This document shows, one piece after another, positions 1 to 7,805 of a DNA stretch of 64,000 bases; position 1 is the first letter of the stretch, and every line of letters begins with the position of its first letter. The position numbers were made by a program, and so were the translations under genes. The DNA is from Clostridia bacterium. GTDB taxonomy: Bacteria; Bacillota; DSM-521; Neomoorellales; JACIYF01. The stretch covers positions 9,176-73,175 of the forward strand of contig JACIYF010000001.1 in the NCBI GenBank assembly GCA_014360065.1. Direction: 5' to 3'. The notes under the pieces were generated by a model that was not told where the DNA came from, did not search any database, and was given only the letters and a program-made list of their open reading frames with translations.

Positions 1-51
1 AATGATGTCGCTGGACCTACTTCCGCCAATCACTTCGGCTAGTCTTGCCAT
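1..51 (-). CDS. hypothetical protein, N-terminal 17 codons only (continues past window start)
   Basis: GGGAGG RBS at 61-66 (minus sense), then ATG at 51, reading MARLAEVIGGSRSSDII. It lies directly downstream of the dnaN stop. Confidence 0.3.
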   Translation of the reverse strand, partial: MARLAEVIGGSRSSDII

Positions 52-66
52 CGTATCTACCTCCCT

Positions 67-1188
67 TCATCTCAGCCTCACGGGCAGCACCAGATACAGG
101 CATGCAACTTCTTTTTCTTGTCGAGGTCTGATAATTGCCGGGCCTGTTGGGCCGTTAAATTCAATGACTACTTCTTCTGCGCCAACTGCCTGTAGCCCGT
201 CCAGCAGGTAACGAGCGTTAAAGGCGATTTCCAGCTCCTCGCCTTCAATCTTGGCTGGAAGCTCTTCGTGCATTTCGCCTCTCTCCTGCCAGGCACTTTC
301 GACAGACACGGATTGGCCGGACAGCTTCAGCCGCAGCACAGGCGTCTTGGTTTTGTCGTCCGGCCTGCCTATTACTAGAGCTCGCTGGACGCTGGCAGCA
401 AGCTCACCAGCGTCGATCTCTATCCTGGTCTGCCACTTTTTCGGAATAACCTGCTGGTAAGCAGGAAATCTTCCCTCCAGCAGCCGCAATTCAGTCTCAA
501 AATCTTTTGTTGATAGGGTACATGCGTTCTCAGCTATCCCGAAAAGAAATTGTTCCCTGCTTAAAAGCCGGATCATGTCCAGCAGGTTTTTACCGGGAAC
601 CAAAATGCTCCAGGGTTCAAGCGGGGTGTCCAAGACTTTGCCCCAGGCATAGGCCAGCCGATGGGTATCGGTAGAAACCACATGCAGAGTACCTTCTGCG
701 TCCGCCTCAATAAAGATTCCGTTAAATACCCTACCGGTATCGTCTCTGGCTACAGCTGCGCCGCCCTTCTGCACTGCCGACCTAAAGAAATCGACAGGCA
801 GTGAAAAGCCGTTGCTTGTTACTGCTGGGAATCCCGGAAAGTCTTCCACGGGGTAACCATTGATTTTCCAGCGCGAGTCTCCCCGGCTCAGAAGCACCGA
901 CCGAGGAGCATCGGGGTCGCTCTGTATAAAGAGCGGCCCGGGAGGCAGAAAACGTGCCAGATCGGCCAGATCTCGGGCGGGAAGAGCTATCTCCCCCTCT
1001 TCCTCCACCTCGGCAGTAATGCTAAGCCGGACGGAAAGCTCCAAATTGGTCGTGGTTAAAGCAAGCGTACTTTCCCAGGCCCTAAGCAACACTGCTCCCA
1101 GGATTGGTAAAGTGCTGGTGGGAGAAGAAGCCTTCAGGGTTATCTGCAATGCCTTATGGAGATCTTCCTGGTTAACACGAAGCCGCAT
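67..1188 (-). CDS. dnaN: DNA polymerase III beta sliding clamp (phage-encoded DnaN)
   Basis: 373 aa. Clamp-like N-terminus (MRLRVNQEDLHKAL) and C-terminal FNARYLLDGL..VIEFNGPTGPAII block typical of DnaN. A divergent second copy is at 53052..54236. Confidence 0.85.
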   Translation of the reverse strand: MRLRVNQEDLHKALQITLKASSPTSTLPILGAVLLRAWESTLALTTTNLELSVRLSITAEVEEEGEIALPARDLADLARFLPPGPLFIQSDPDAPRSVLLSRGDSRWKINGYPVEDFPGFPAVTSNGFSLPVDFFRSAVQKGGAAVARDDTGRVFNGIFIEADAEGTLHVVSTDTHRLAYAWGKVLDTPLEPWSILVPGKNLLDMIRLLSREQFLFGIAENACTLSTKDFETELRLLEGRFPAYQQVIPKKWQTRIEIDAGELAASVQRALVIGRPDDKTKTPVLRLKLSGQSVSVESAWQERGEMHEELPAKIEGEELEIAFNARYLLDGLQAVGAEEVVIEFNGPTGPAIIRPRQEKEVACLYLVLPVRLR

Positions 1189-1354
1189 TGTCTCCAGTCA
1201 CTCCCCTTGCTCTCAATTCCAACTTCCTTATCCGCTTCACACTCTCGGCCATGTACTCTCTCCTTCTCTGCTCAATGGCCTCATGGCATTCCTTACAAAC
1301 TCTCCGTCCGGGCATGGCCTGTCCGCCGCAGATGGTGCAGTCAGGCATACTCAT
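1172..1354 (-). CDS. small zinc-ribbon protein
   Basis: 60 aa with CTICGG and CKEC pairs. It shares PGRRVC..C and ELRAR..AES..RI blocks with 52877..53098. It overlaps the dnaN start. Confidence 0.55.
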   Translation of the reverse strand: MSMPDCTICGGQAMPGRRVCKECHEAIEQRRREYMAESVKRIRKLELRARGVTGDNAASC

Positions 1355-1511
1355 TCCTCATGCCATCGTGCATTTTCTTGATCCATAACTCCTCAACCGG
1401 ACACGGCACGCAATCAGGAAACTCCCGGCACACTAGGTCTTTCAACAGCACGTGCGCCGCATCTACATGCTCTCTAACTCGTTCCAACGCGACTTTTACC
1501 GGAATGGACAT
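1341..1511 (-). CDS. hypothetical small protein (56 aa, below ORF-track cutoff)
   Basis: Hand translation: MSIPVKVALERVREHVDAAHVLLKDLVCREFPDCVPCPVEELWIKKMHDGMRNEYA. Both its start and stop overlap neighbouring genes (operon packing). Confidence 0.35.
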   Translation of the reverse strand: MSIPVKVALERVREHVDAAHVLLKDLVCREFPDCVPCPVEELWIKKMHDGMRNEYA

Positions 1512-1750
1512 GACTCCTCGCCTTCTTTCTTCTCTGCCTCCAGCTGGCCCATTATCTTGCTAAAAAGGTGCTTAGCCAGCCACAGGCAGTAACAGCCGGT
1601 CACGTTTTCGCTGTTCCTGGACTGCCAGATAGCACAGTTGTCGCAGTGACCGTCAAACCGGTTGCATACATTGGTGTTCAATAGCTCCAGCGCATCATCG
1701 ACCAGCCCCTTAACCCGCCTGATAACGTCCATTTCGGGTGTAATAACCAC
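1496..1750 (-). CDS. hypothetical Cys/His-rich protein
   Basis: The track ORF is 1496..1924, but its first ~58 codons are Gly/Arg/Ala-rich and overlap 1756..1959. A plausible start is GTG 1750 or ATG 1732 after GGAGGGAGG. The protein contains CNRFDGHCDNC and CYC. Confidence 0.45.
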   Translation of the reverse strand: MVITPEMDVIRRVKGLVDDALELLNTNVCNRFDGHCDNCAIWQSRNSENVTGCYCLWLAKHLFSKIMGQLEAEKKEGEESCPFR

Positions 1751-1755
1751 GGGGA

Positions 1756-1959
1756 TCACCTCCCTCCATGCTTGCTCATGTACCTGCCCACCGGCACCAG
1801 CTCGCCCTTCTCCCGCCAGATGATCGTCCGCATGAGCAGGTCGTGCTCTTCCAGCGCCTTCTCCCAGCACTCGCGGCAACGGCCCGTTATGCCTATGTCC
1901 TTTGCCGCGAAAACATTTCCGCAACTTACACAGCGGAGCGGCCCTTCTATCATTGACAT
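1756..1959 (-). CDS. small zinc-ribbon protein
   Basis: 67 aa with CVSCGN...CRECW. AAGGAGG RBS upstream. Confidence 0.55.
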   Translation of the reverse strand: MSMIEGPLRCVSCGNVFAAKDIGITGRCRECWEKALEEHDLLMRTIIWREKGELVPVGRYMSKHGGR

Positions 1960-1982
1960 GGTTACTCGCCTCCTTTGACTTC

Positions 1983-2186
1983 AGGGCGGGCCGGATTCGA
2001 ACCGGCTGTGGCGGTCACCCCGATATTTACCTCGGGGTCAGGGTGTCGCCGCCCCGACGGCAGTTTTCGCTGTTTTACGGAGGTGGCAGACGCGGTATCC
2101 TAGCGGTGTGCACCCCTGCCTATTCGTTCACCTGCTGCCATTTGCCATACCAGCCCCCCGGCGTGTTCCCACCACGCCGCCGCCCT
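1983..2186 (-). ncRNA. tRNA-like structured RNA candidate (acceptor-like helix, D-arm, canonical T-arm, ~125-nt insert instead of a normal anticodon arm)
   Basis: Read on the minus strand. 5' AGGGCGG pairs with 3' CCGCCCT, and the helix extends to 11 bp (UUUCAGGGCGG/CCGCCCUGAAG). There is a D-arm GCGT-GGTGGGAAC-ACGC, a T-arm GCCGG-TTCGAAT-CCGGC and an internal hairpin CCCCGA-GGTAAATA-TCGGGG. The element fills a 234-nt intergenic gap inside a co-directional operon. No CCA is encoded. Confidence 0.45.
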
Positions 2187-2193
2187 GAAAACT

Positions 2194-2391
2194 TTACTCC
2201 AGCGGGCACAGACACATTTTTTCCTCGATCATGCGCTCGATGGCGTCTATGATGTTTTCCACCTGCTGACGCTCGCCGTCATGCCACGCCCGCTTCAGCC
2301 CAGCTTCCTTCCACAGCGTCTTGATGTAGTAGACTAACAGGTGCTTGGCCTCCTCTCTGGCCAGCTCGTAGCGTTCAGACATTTTGCTCAT
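2194..2391 (-). CDS. hypothetical protein
   Basis: 65-aa ORF with protein-like composition. It overlaps the upstream methyltransferase stop. Confidence 0.5.
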   Translation of the reverse strand: MSKMSERYELAREEAKHLLVYYIKTLWKEAGLKRAWHDGERQQVENIIDAIERMIEEKMCLCPLE

Positions 2392-3469
2392 TTCCCCCTC
2401 GCAAATGACTCAATTCATAGAACGTTACCTGTACGTCTGCAACCATAATCGCCCTACCTATAACCTCCACCACCCACGGTACTACGGCATCACCCAAAGC
2501 CATCAGCCGTTGCCTCCTGTACGGGCCGCCCGACGCGAGCCTCGGCGGTTCCCAGCCGTACTGCTCGCACCCGAGGGGAGCGGGCCATCTATGGCCGTCC
2601 AGCCAGGGGGAAAGCCTTGTAAAATCTCTACCCACTCTGGATTGAGCGTACCCGTAGAGTGTTCCTTTGATCGGTGGCAGACCACTTCCGGTAAGTCCAG
2701 CGACAGGTTGGTTCTTTTCCTCTTCTCCAGCCTGGCGGTTATCTTCTCCGGATCCGTCCCGCCGCTCCGGTAGTCCCTCGCCTTGGGAGTGGGCCACATC
2801 TTTACCACCGTCTGTAAGTCCGGCCCGCCCGCCCCGTGCAGCCCCGGCCCGTTGGCGTTCTGAGCCTTGGGAGTGGGCCACATTTTGCCAGGATTGTGCC
2901 TCACCTGATCCGTCAGCGTTACCGCACTCTTGCCCGTCTTCAGGCACTCTTCGTAGAACTCCCTGCTCTTCGGCCCCTGGTTGGCGTTCCACGCCTGGGG
3001 AGTACGCCACAATCCATACCCTTGGCCGGACGTGCGGGGCACCGACGGCACAAGCCGGAATAACAAACGTCCCTGTTTCGTAACCTTCGTTTTCCAAGTC
3101 AGAAAGCACAGTGTCGAGTGCCAGATTGACGATGTTAGCAACGTTTTCGCCAAGCACCCAACGGGGCCTGAGGGCCTTGATGATTCTAAGCATTTCCGGC
3201 CAGAGGTAACGGTCATCCGCCTTGCCTCTTCGCTTCCCGGCAATGGAGAACGGTTGGCAGGGAAATCCCCCGCAAATAAGGTCAACTGACTCCAGTTCTG
3301 CTGGATCGATTGTTCTGATGTCGCCATACCGCTTCACCCCCGGCCAGTGCTTGGCAAGGACGGCCTGCCTGAACGGGTCGTTTTCCACCTGCCATGCAAT
3401 CTGCATTCCGGCCCGTTCCAGACCCAAATCCATCCCCCCGATTCCGCTGAACAGGCTACCTACCCGCAT
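2375..3469 (-). CDS. DNA (cytosine-5) methyltransferase; conserved blocks split over two reading frames (possible pseudogene or frameshifted gene)
   Basis: Frame A carries motif I FSGIGG, IV GFPCQPFS, VI ENV, VIII RPRVWIVAY and the C-terminal RWPAP..WEPPR..LGDAVVPWV. The expected target-recognition region (MWPTPKA twice, LNPEWVEILQGFPPGWT) is encoded only in the overlapping frame 2503..3327. Confidence 0.75.
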   Translation of the reverse strand: MRVGSLFSGIGGMDLGLERAGMQIAWQVENDPFRQAVLAKHWPGVKRYGDIRTIDPAELESVDLICGGFPCQPFSIAGKRRGKADDRYLWPEMLRIIKALRPRWVLGENVANIVNLALDTVLSDLENEGYETGTFVIPACAVGAPHVRPRVWIVAYSPGVERQPGAEEQGVLRRVPEDGQECGNADGSGEAQSWQNVAHSQGSERQRAGAARGGRAGLTDGGKDVAHSQGEGLPERRDGSGEDNRQAGEEEKNQPVAGLTGSGLPPIKGTLYGYAQSRVGRDFTRLSPWLDGHRWPAPLGCEQYGWEPPRLASGGPYRRQRLMALGDAVVPWVVEVIGRAIMVADVQVTFYELSHLRGGNEQNV

Positions 3470-3824
3470 AGATCCTCACCCTTACCCGCTTCCTACCCCA
3501 CTCAAGCGCCTCCGCCCGGCTGGGCATGAACACATCTATCCTCCTGCCCCTAATCAGCCTCCCGGTATCGAGCGCCGTCCCCCACCCGTAGCCTTCTACC
3601 CACAAGCGCGTCCCCAGCGGTATCACCTTGGGATCCACCGCCACCGTGCCCACCTCGGGCCACGTCCCGGTGGCCGTGCGATTCCCGGTATGGGTGTAGG
3701 CGGTTGCCCACATGACAAGCTCCCGGTACTCCGGGGCCTCCCGCCTCGCCTGGTTGAACCGTTTACCCTGATAGACCAGGGCGCCTCTCGTATCGTCGGT
3801 AACCCGCCAGCAGCTACTGGCCAA
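3456..3824 (-). CDS. 3D-domain (MltA/YuiC-like, peptidoglycan-active fold) protein
   Basis: ATAYTHTGNRTATGTWPEVGTVAVDPKVIPLGTRLWVEGYG...DTG..IRGRRIDVF matches the 3D-domain pattern. A paralog is at 54475..54978. Confidence 0.7.
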   Translation of the reverse strand: MASSCWRVTDDTRGALVYQGKRFNQARREAPEYRELVMWATAYTHTGNRTATGTWPEVGTVAVDPKVIPLGTRLWVEGYGWGTALDTGRLIRGRRIDVFMPSRAEALEWGRKRVRVRIYAGR

Positions 3825-4015
3825 CGGTTATCGCCTCCTATCTGTCTGCTGATCACTCTCCTGTCCCGCCTCTCTCCGAGCCAGCCCGGGTTGTCCCTGC
3901 CGGCCCGGTAGCAGTGCTCGCAGATCGGCCAGGCCACCTCGGGGTTTTGGTCGCTCCAGCAGTACCAGAACTCCACCATATACACCGCCTTGTCCTCGCA
4001 GAAATGGCACCTCAT
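3623..4015 (-). CDS. small Cys-rich protein (3' extent uncertain)
   Basis: The N-terminal ~60 aa (MRCHFCEDKAVYMVEFWYCWSD..CEHC) look coding. The remainder runs in an alternate frame over the 3D-domain gene and looks non-coding. Confidence 0.35.
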   Translation of the reverse strand: MRCHFCEDKAVYMVEFWYCWSDQNPEVAWPICEHCYRAGRDNPGWLGERRDRRVISRQIGGDNRWPVAAGGLPTIREAPWSIRVNGSTRRGGRPRSTGSLSCGQPPTPIPGIARPPGRGPRWARWRWIPR

Positions 4016-5340
4016 GCCGTCTCATCCTCTCTCGCCAGGTCCCGGAACTTGGCCAGGTGCTTCTCAAACTGCAACTCCACCTCGAATGTCGGGCCGTTTC
4101 GGTGCTTCGCGACCGAAAGGCAGGCGATCCCCGGCCTATCCGTTGGGTCGTAGAACTCGGGGCGCCACAGGAGCCAAACTTGATCGGCATCCTGCTCGAT
4201 GTTTCCGCTTCCGCGCAGGTCGGCAAGCTGAGGGCGCTTGTCCTGCCTGCTCTCCGGCATGCGGTTCAACTGGCTTAGTAAGAGCACCGGGATCCCGAGG
4301 CTTTTAGCCAAGTCTTTGAGCGACCTAGTTACCTGGCCGATCAGGTCGTTTGTAGACATCCCCGGCCTACGCGGCTCGTTGATGAACTGCAGGTAGTCGA
4401 TTGCCAAAAACTCAATCCCGTACACCTTTTTTGCCAGCCTGGCCCTCCCGGCTATCTCTGCCGTTGAAAGTCCGCTGGAGTCATCGATGTAGAGCGGAAC
4501 CTGTAGCTTTCTGGGCAGCTCAAATCCAAGCTGCCAATCTTCCGGCTGTAGAAGCCGAAGGCGCAGGCGCTGCTGGTTGATTCCTAGCTCCAGCCCGGCC
4601 AGCCTGTCCATGAGCTGGTTTGTAGACATTTCGAGCGACATGAACAGGCACCGCTTGCCGGCTCTGGCGGCGTGCAGGCATATTTGGAATGCCAGGGCGG
4701 TTTTGCCCATGGAAGGCCTAGCCGCTAGAACCACCAGGTCGCCCGGGGCCATGCCGCCAAGCCTGTCGTCAAGATCCGCAAAGCCAGTGGTGATCATGCC
4801 GGCCAGCGGCTCCTCCCTGGTCTCGTGGAGGTACTGCCAGCGTGCCTTAAAGCTCTGCGCTATGTCAGCCGGGCCGCGCCTGTCGCGAGCAAGCCCGAGG
4901 CTGAATATCTCTTCTTGAGCCAAGCCGATAACCTGCTCCAAGTCTGCATCACTGTCGTAAGCCGCCTGGGCTATTTTAGTCGCCGCCTCGATAGCCCTGC
5001 GGCGTATGCTGGCACGTCGGACCTGCTGGATGTACTCCGCCACGTGTCCCAGAACCGGAATGTCATCCGCAAGGCCGACAATATAGCTGGCGTTGCCTGC
5101 CGCGCCGAGCTTCTTGGCCTCGGTCAGGCTGTCGATGACGGAGAGCGCGTCCACCGGGCGATCCTCAAGGAGCAGGCCGGTTATGCTGTCAAAGATCAGC
5201 CGGTGCTTCGGGTCGTAAAAATCTGCCGTATCAAGCTCTACGGCCATCCGGAGGGCCGCGTCCTGGCTCAGGAGAGCTGCGCCCAGGACGGCTCTTTCGG
5301 CCTCAAGGCTATGGGGTGGCACGCGCGCCATTGCCTGCAA
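4012..5340 (-). CDS. dnaB: replicative DNA helicase DnaB
   Basis: 442 aa. N-terminal PPHSLEAERAVLGA, Walker A AARPSMGKTA, and the SLEMS and LSQLNR blocks. Confidence 0.9.
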   Translation of the reverse strand: MQAMARVPPHSLEAERAVLGAALLSQDAALRMAVELDTADFYDPKHRLIFDSITGLLLEDRPVDALSVIDSLTEAKKLGAAGNASYIVGLADDIPVLGHVAEYIQQVRRASIRRRAIEAATKIAQAAYDSDADLEQVIGLAQEEIFSLGLARDRRGPADIAQSFKARWQYLHETREEPLAGMITTGFADLDDRLGGMAPGDLVVLAARPSMGKTALAFQICLHAARAGKRCLFMSLEMSTNQLMDRLAGLELGINQQRLRLRLLQPEDWQLGFELPRKLQVPLYIDDSSGLSTAEIAGRARLAKKVYGIEFLAIDYLQFINEPRRPGMSTNDLIGQVTRSLKDLAKSLGIPVLLLSQLNRMPESRQDKRPQLADLRGSGNIEQDADQVWLLWRPEFYDPTDRPGIACLSVAKHRNGPTFEVELQFEKHLAKFRDLAREDETA

Positions 5341-6268
5341 TCTCCTTTCTGCGCCGACGGTGTTCCGCTACAATCGCCTCAAGCTCCGGGTCTGTCTTTA
5401 GGGTGGATGACGCCGGCGCGTCCCTTGATCTGGCCGCCTGGCGGCGTTCTTCGTATTCGCATACCTGTTGGAGAGTGAAAAGCCGCTGTTTCCGCCAGCT
5501 GTCTAGGATTCCGGCCACATAGCGCAGGTTGAACCTGCTTGCCGTTACCGCTCTCCTGAGCGCTTCGCGGGTAAGTTCAGGGCCGTGGACGGCCTCCAAC
5601 GAGGCTATTTCTTCAGTCTCCATTGGCGACAACAGGCGGCCGAATTCCTCCTCGAAGGTTCTTAACAAGTCAGGACTTGGCGGCGGCTGCGGCGGCGGGA
5701 TCTCTTCTCCCGTTACGCTGGTGCTTATAGATCCCGCCGCCGCCGATTCTGTAACGTTTGGGTTTAAGATCTCAGTTTGCGAATCCGAAGGTGAAGGTGA
5801 AGGTGAAGGTGAAGGTGAAGGTACGGAATCCTCGGGATTCCTCGGGAGTCCTGCGGGTTCCTCGGGATTCCTCGGGTTTCCTAAGGAATCCTCGGGAATT
5901 TCATCGGGGGGAGCAGGGCACTTTGGCTTGCAGCGAAAGAGCTTACCCTTATTAATATACGTCTGATATCCTAACCACTTCTGCAGCGATGGTATGCACC
6001 AGTAAGGCTTTCCTTCAACCTCGTAGATCTTAATCAATCCGGCCTCATGGTACATATACAGCACCTGCTCTATATAATCCGGCCCAAACGGATACGCGGG
6101 GAACACGGCCAGCTTTATCTCGGTCGGCGCGAACTTGGCCCGTCCCCAGTCGTCAAGCGCCGTGAGGAACCACGGCCACAGAGCAGCCGCTAAAGGATCT
6201 TTCGCCGCTATCTTTGCAAGTTGCTCATCGGTGCTTATATCGCTTGTAATAAATCGCTTGCGTGCCAA
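5309..6268 (-). CDS. phage replisome organizer, DnaD/DnaB_2-like C-terminal domain
   Basis: 319 aa. C-terminal RYVAGILDSWRKQ DnaD-type block and a central PSPSPS / NPR repeat linker. It lies immediately upstream of dnaB, with a 32-nt overlap. Confidence 0.65.
   Translation of the reverse strand: MARKRFITSDISTDEQLAKIAAKDPLAAALWPWFLTALDDWGRAKFAPTEIKLAVFPAYPFGPDYIEQVLYMYHEAGLIKIYEVEGKPYWCIPSLQKWLGYQTYINKGKLFRCKPKCPAPPDEIPEDSLGNPRNPEEPAGLPRNPEDSVPSPSPSPSPSPSDSQTEILNPNVTESAAAGSISTSVTGEEIPPPQPPPSPDLLRTFEEEFGRLLSPMETEEIASLEAVHGPELTREALRRAVTASRFNLRYVAGILDSWRKQRLFTLQQVCEYEERRQAARSRDAPASSTLKTDPELEAIVAEHRRRRKEIAGNGARATP
5787..5900. repeat. tandem repeats inside the replisome-organizer gene: (GAAGGT)x6, then ~7 copies of a ~10-nt unit WTCCTCGGG
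   Basis: Read directly: gaaggt x6 at 5787..5822, then attcctcggg-type units to ~5900. An AT-rich patch ttattaatatacgtctgatatc follows at ~5950. Confidence 0.9.
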
Positions 6269-6284
6269 GTGCCCGCGACCCCCT

Positions 6285-6785
6285 TTAAAGACCCCTGGTC
6301 CAGCGAAACGTTTTTCCTGCTCCGGTTAAGCCATAATTGCTACGCCATAAAGGAGTATCGCTGATGTATATAGCAAAGCGGCCGTTCCGTTCTTTCAGCT
6401 CTCCAATCCTGAACTGGCCTGCCAAACGAACACCCAGGTCCCTAACAGCGGCGAAATAGCCTTTATGGGTGGGTCCCGAAAGGATGCCGGGATACAGGAG
6501 CACCAAATCCGGCAATCGCCCCTCAAAGCGACAGAGACTGTAGTCGATCGCCTGCTTTAATGCCGCGGTATAGTCGCCGACAGAGACGTCCGACCGGGTT
6601 TCAAAAGCTTTCACTTCCAGACCCAGCATGACGTTTTCTACGATGAATCTAGGCTTTAGTAGCGCATCTATCCGGAGCTTCTGGCCGAGAAGATGCCACC
6701 CAGTTACTTCGGGCCGGATGTCGAAATAAGGAACTAGTTTTCGGAAGAGCACTGCTTTAAAAGTTGCTTCGTTCTGGATCTCCAA
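6285..6785 (-). CDS. hypothetical protein, possible PD-(D/E)XK nuclease fold
   Basis: 166 aa. RIDALL...GLEVKA gives a D...ExK arrangement. This is only weak motif-level support. Confidence 0.45.
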   Translation of the reverse strand: MEIQNEATFKAVLFRKLVPYFDIRPEVTGWHLLGQKLRIDALLKPRFIVENVMLGLEVKAFETRSDVSVGDYTAALKQAIDYSLCRFEGRLPDLVLLYPGILSGPTHKGYFAAVRDLGVRLAGQFRIGELKERNGRFAIYISDTPLWRSNYGLTGAGKTFRWTRGL

Positions 6786-6792
6786 GGCCTCA

Positions 6793-7107
6793 TTACCTCG
6801 CTATCACTAAGCTGCTATGCGGCTCTTTGATCTGCCACAAATGGAAGCAGTTTTTGTGGACATTCACATATTCCGTCTTAGGCGGCAGTAGCATCGCCAT
6901 GGTTACATTGTCAGGCACCAGCAGATACCGGGCTTCCTTTATCTCGTCCCAGGTCGGATACCGGTCCGGGTGGCTGATGCTGAGGTGCCAGCCGGCATCC
7001 GATCGGCCCACGATCACCGTACACCCGCCCAGCCGGAAAGCCCGGGCACCAGGCTCAAGCTGTGCTTGAAGCCAGGCGGGAATGGGGACCTCGGTTAAAC
7101 TATTCAT
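6793..7107 (-). CDS. conserved phage protein of unknown function (paralog of 56381..56695)
   Basis: 104 aa. Shares LEPGA.A...G.CTVIVGRS..AGWHLSISHP.RYPTW.EI..ARY...PD.VTMAM.LPPK.EYVN..KNCFHL with the prophage B copy. Confidence 0.6.
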   Translation of the reverse strand: MNSLTEVPIPAWLQAQLEPGARAFRLGGCTVIVGRSDAGWHLSISHPDRYPTWDEIKEARYLLVPDNVTMAMLLPPKTEYVNVHKNCFHLWQIKEPHSSLVIAR

Positions 7108-7805
7108 GCTACCATCACCACCTTCCCGGTGAGCTCCTGGATCTCGCGCTTAAACCGATCCGCATCGCTGTTGCCGTCGCTCAGATGCAAGAGCCAGATT
7201 TCCTGCACCAGGCTGAGGTCGTTGGCCGCAAAAAAGTCCTTAACGTTGTTCAGGCTGAAGTGTGAGCGGAGAATTCTGTTTTTTAGCTCAGCCGGAACCG
7301 CCCCCGCCTCAATGTTTTGGCGCAGGATGTCTATGGCATAGTTGCATTCGACCATAATATGGGTCAGACCCTTAAACCGGTACCGGATATAATACGTATC
7401 CGTGGCGTACAGCAGCTTTTCGCCAGCCCGGTTTGCGAGCAGAAAACCTAAGGGCTCTGCCGCATCGTGCTGGGTCTCGAAGGGCAGGACCGTCCAGCTC
7501 CCGATCTGGAACTGCCGCCTTGCTTCTATTACCTTCACCCGGTGGCTGTCCAAGCCCAGGGCCTCCTGCGTGCCTTTGCTCATGTAGCAGTCCACGCCGG
7601 CCCGGAGCATCTCGCGTACCGCTTTGGCGTGATCCTGGTGCTCGTGGCTGACCAAGCAACCACCTAGGTCCTGCACCCGGAACCCGAGCCACTTTTGAAT
7701 TTCCCTGAACTTTACGCCGCACTCCAGGAGGAGCGGGGTGCTACCGTCTGTAACCCGGTAGCAGTTACCCCAGCTCCCGGAGGCCAGAACCGAAATCTCT
7801 ATCAA
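7104..7805 (-). CDS. metallo-beta-lactamase-fold hydrolase
   Basis: 233 aa with HEHQDH (HxHxDH). It is adjacent to recT. Confidence 0.75.
   Translation of the reverse strand: MIEISVLASGSWGNCYRVTDGSTPLLLECGVKFREIQKWLGFRVQDLGGCLVSHEHQDHAKAVREMLRAGVDCYMSKGTQEALGLDSHRVKVIEARRQFQIGSWTVLPFETQHDAAEPLGFLLANRAGEKLLYATDTYYIRYRFKGLTHIMVECNYAIDILRQNIEAGAVPAELKNRILRSHFSLNNVKDFFAANDLSLVQEIWLLHLSDGNSDADRFKREIQELTGKVVMVA

Noticed and set aside
1983-2186. tRNA-like element considered as tmRNA or as an intron-containing tRNA
   Set aside because: At ~200 nt it is much shorter than tmRNA. It lacks the tmRNA 5' GGGG..UUCGAC signature and a plausible tag ORF ending in hydrophobic residues. The ~125-nt insert is too small for a group I intron and is not located in an anticodon loop. 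It is kept only as a generic tRNA-like ncRNA candidate.
2503-3327. 274-aa ORF considered as an independent gene overlapping the methyltransferase
   Set aside because: Its recognisable part (the WPTPKA repeats and LNPEWVEILQGFPPGWT) is the missing middle of the C5 methyltransferase, not a separate protein. Its N-terminal ~105 codons overlap catalytic motifs IV-VIII of frame A and are probably just open by chance. It is reported as a frame anomaly instead.
5787-5900. Tandem short repeats (also 55791..55922) considered as a CRISPR array or minisatellite
   Set aside because: The units are 6-12 nt and directly abutting, with no spacers. They lie in frame inside replisome-organizer genes and there are no cas genes. 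They are interpreted as linker-coding or iteron-like repeats.
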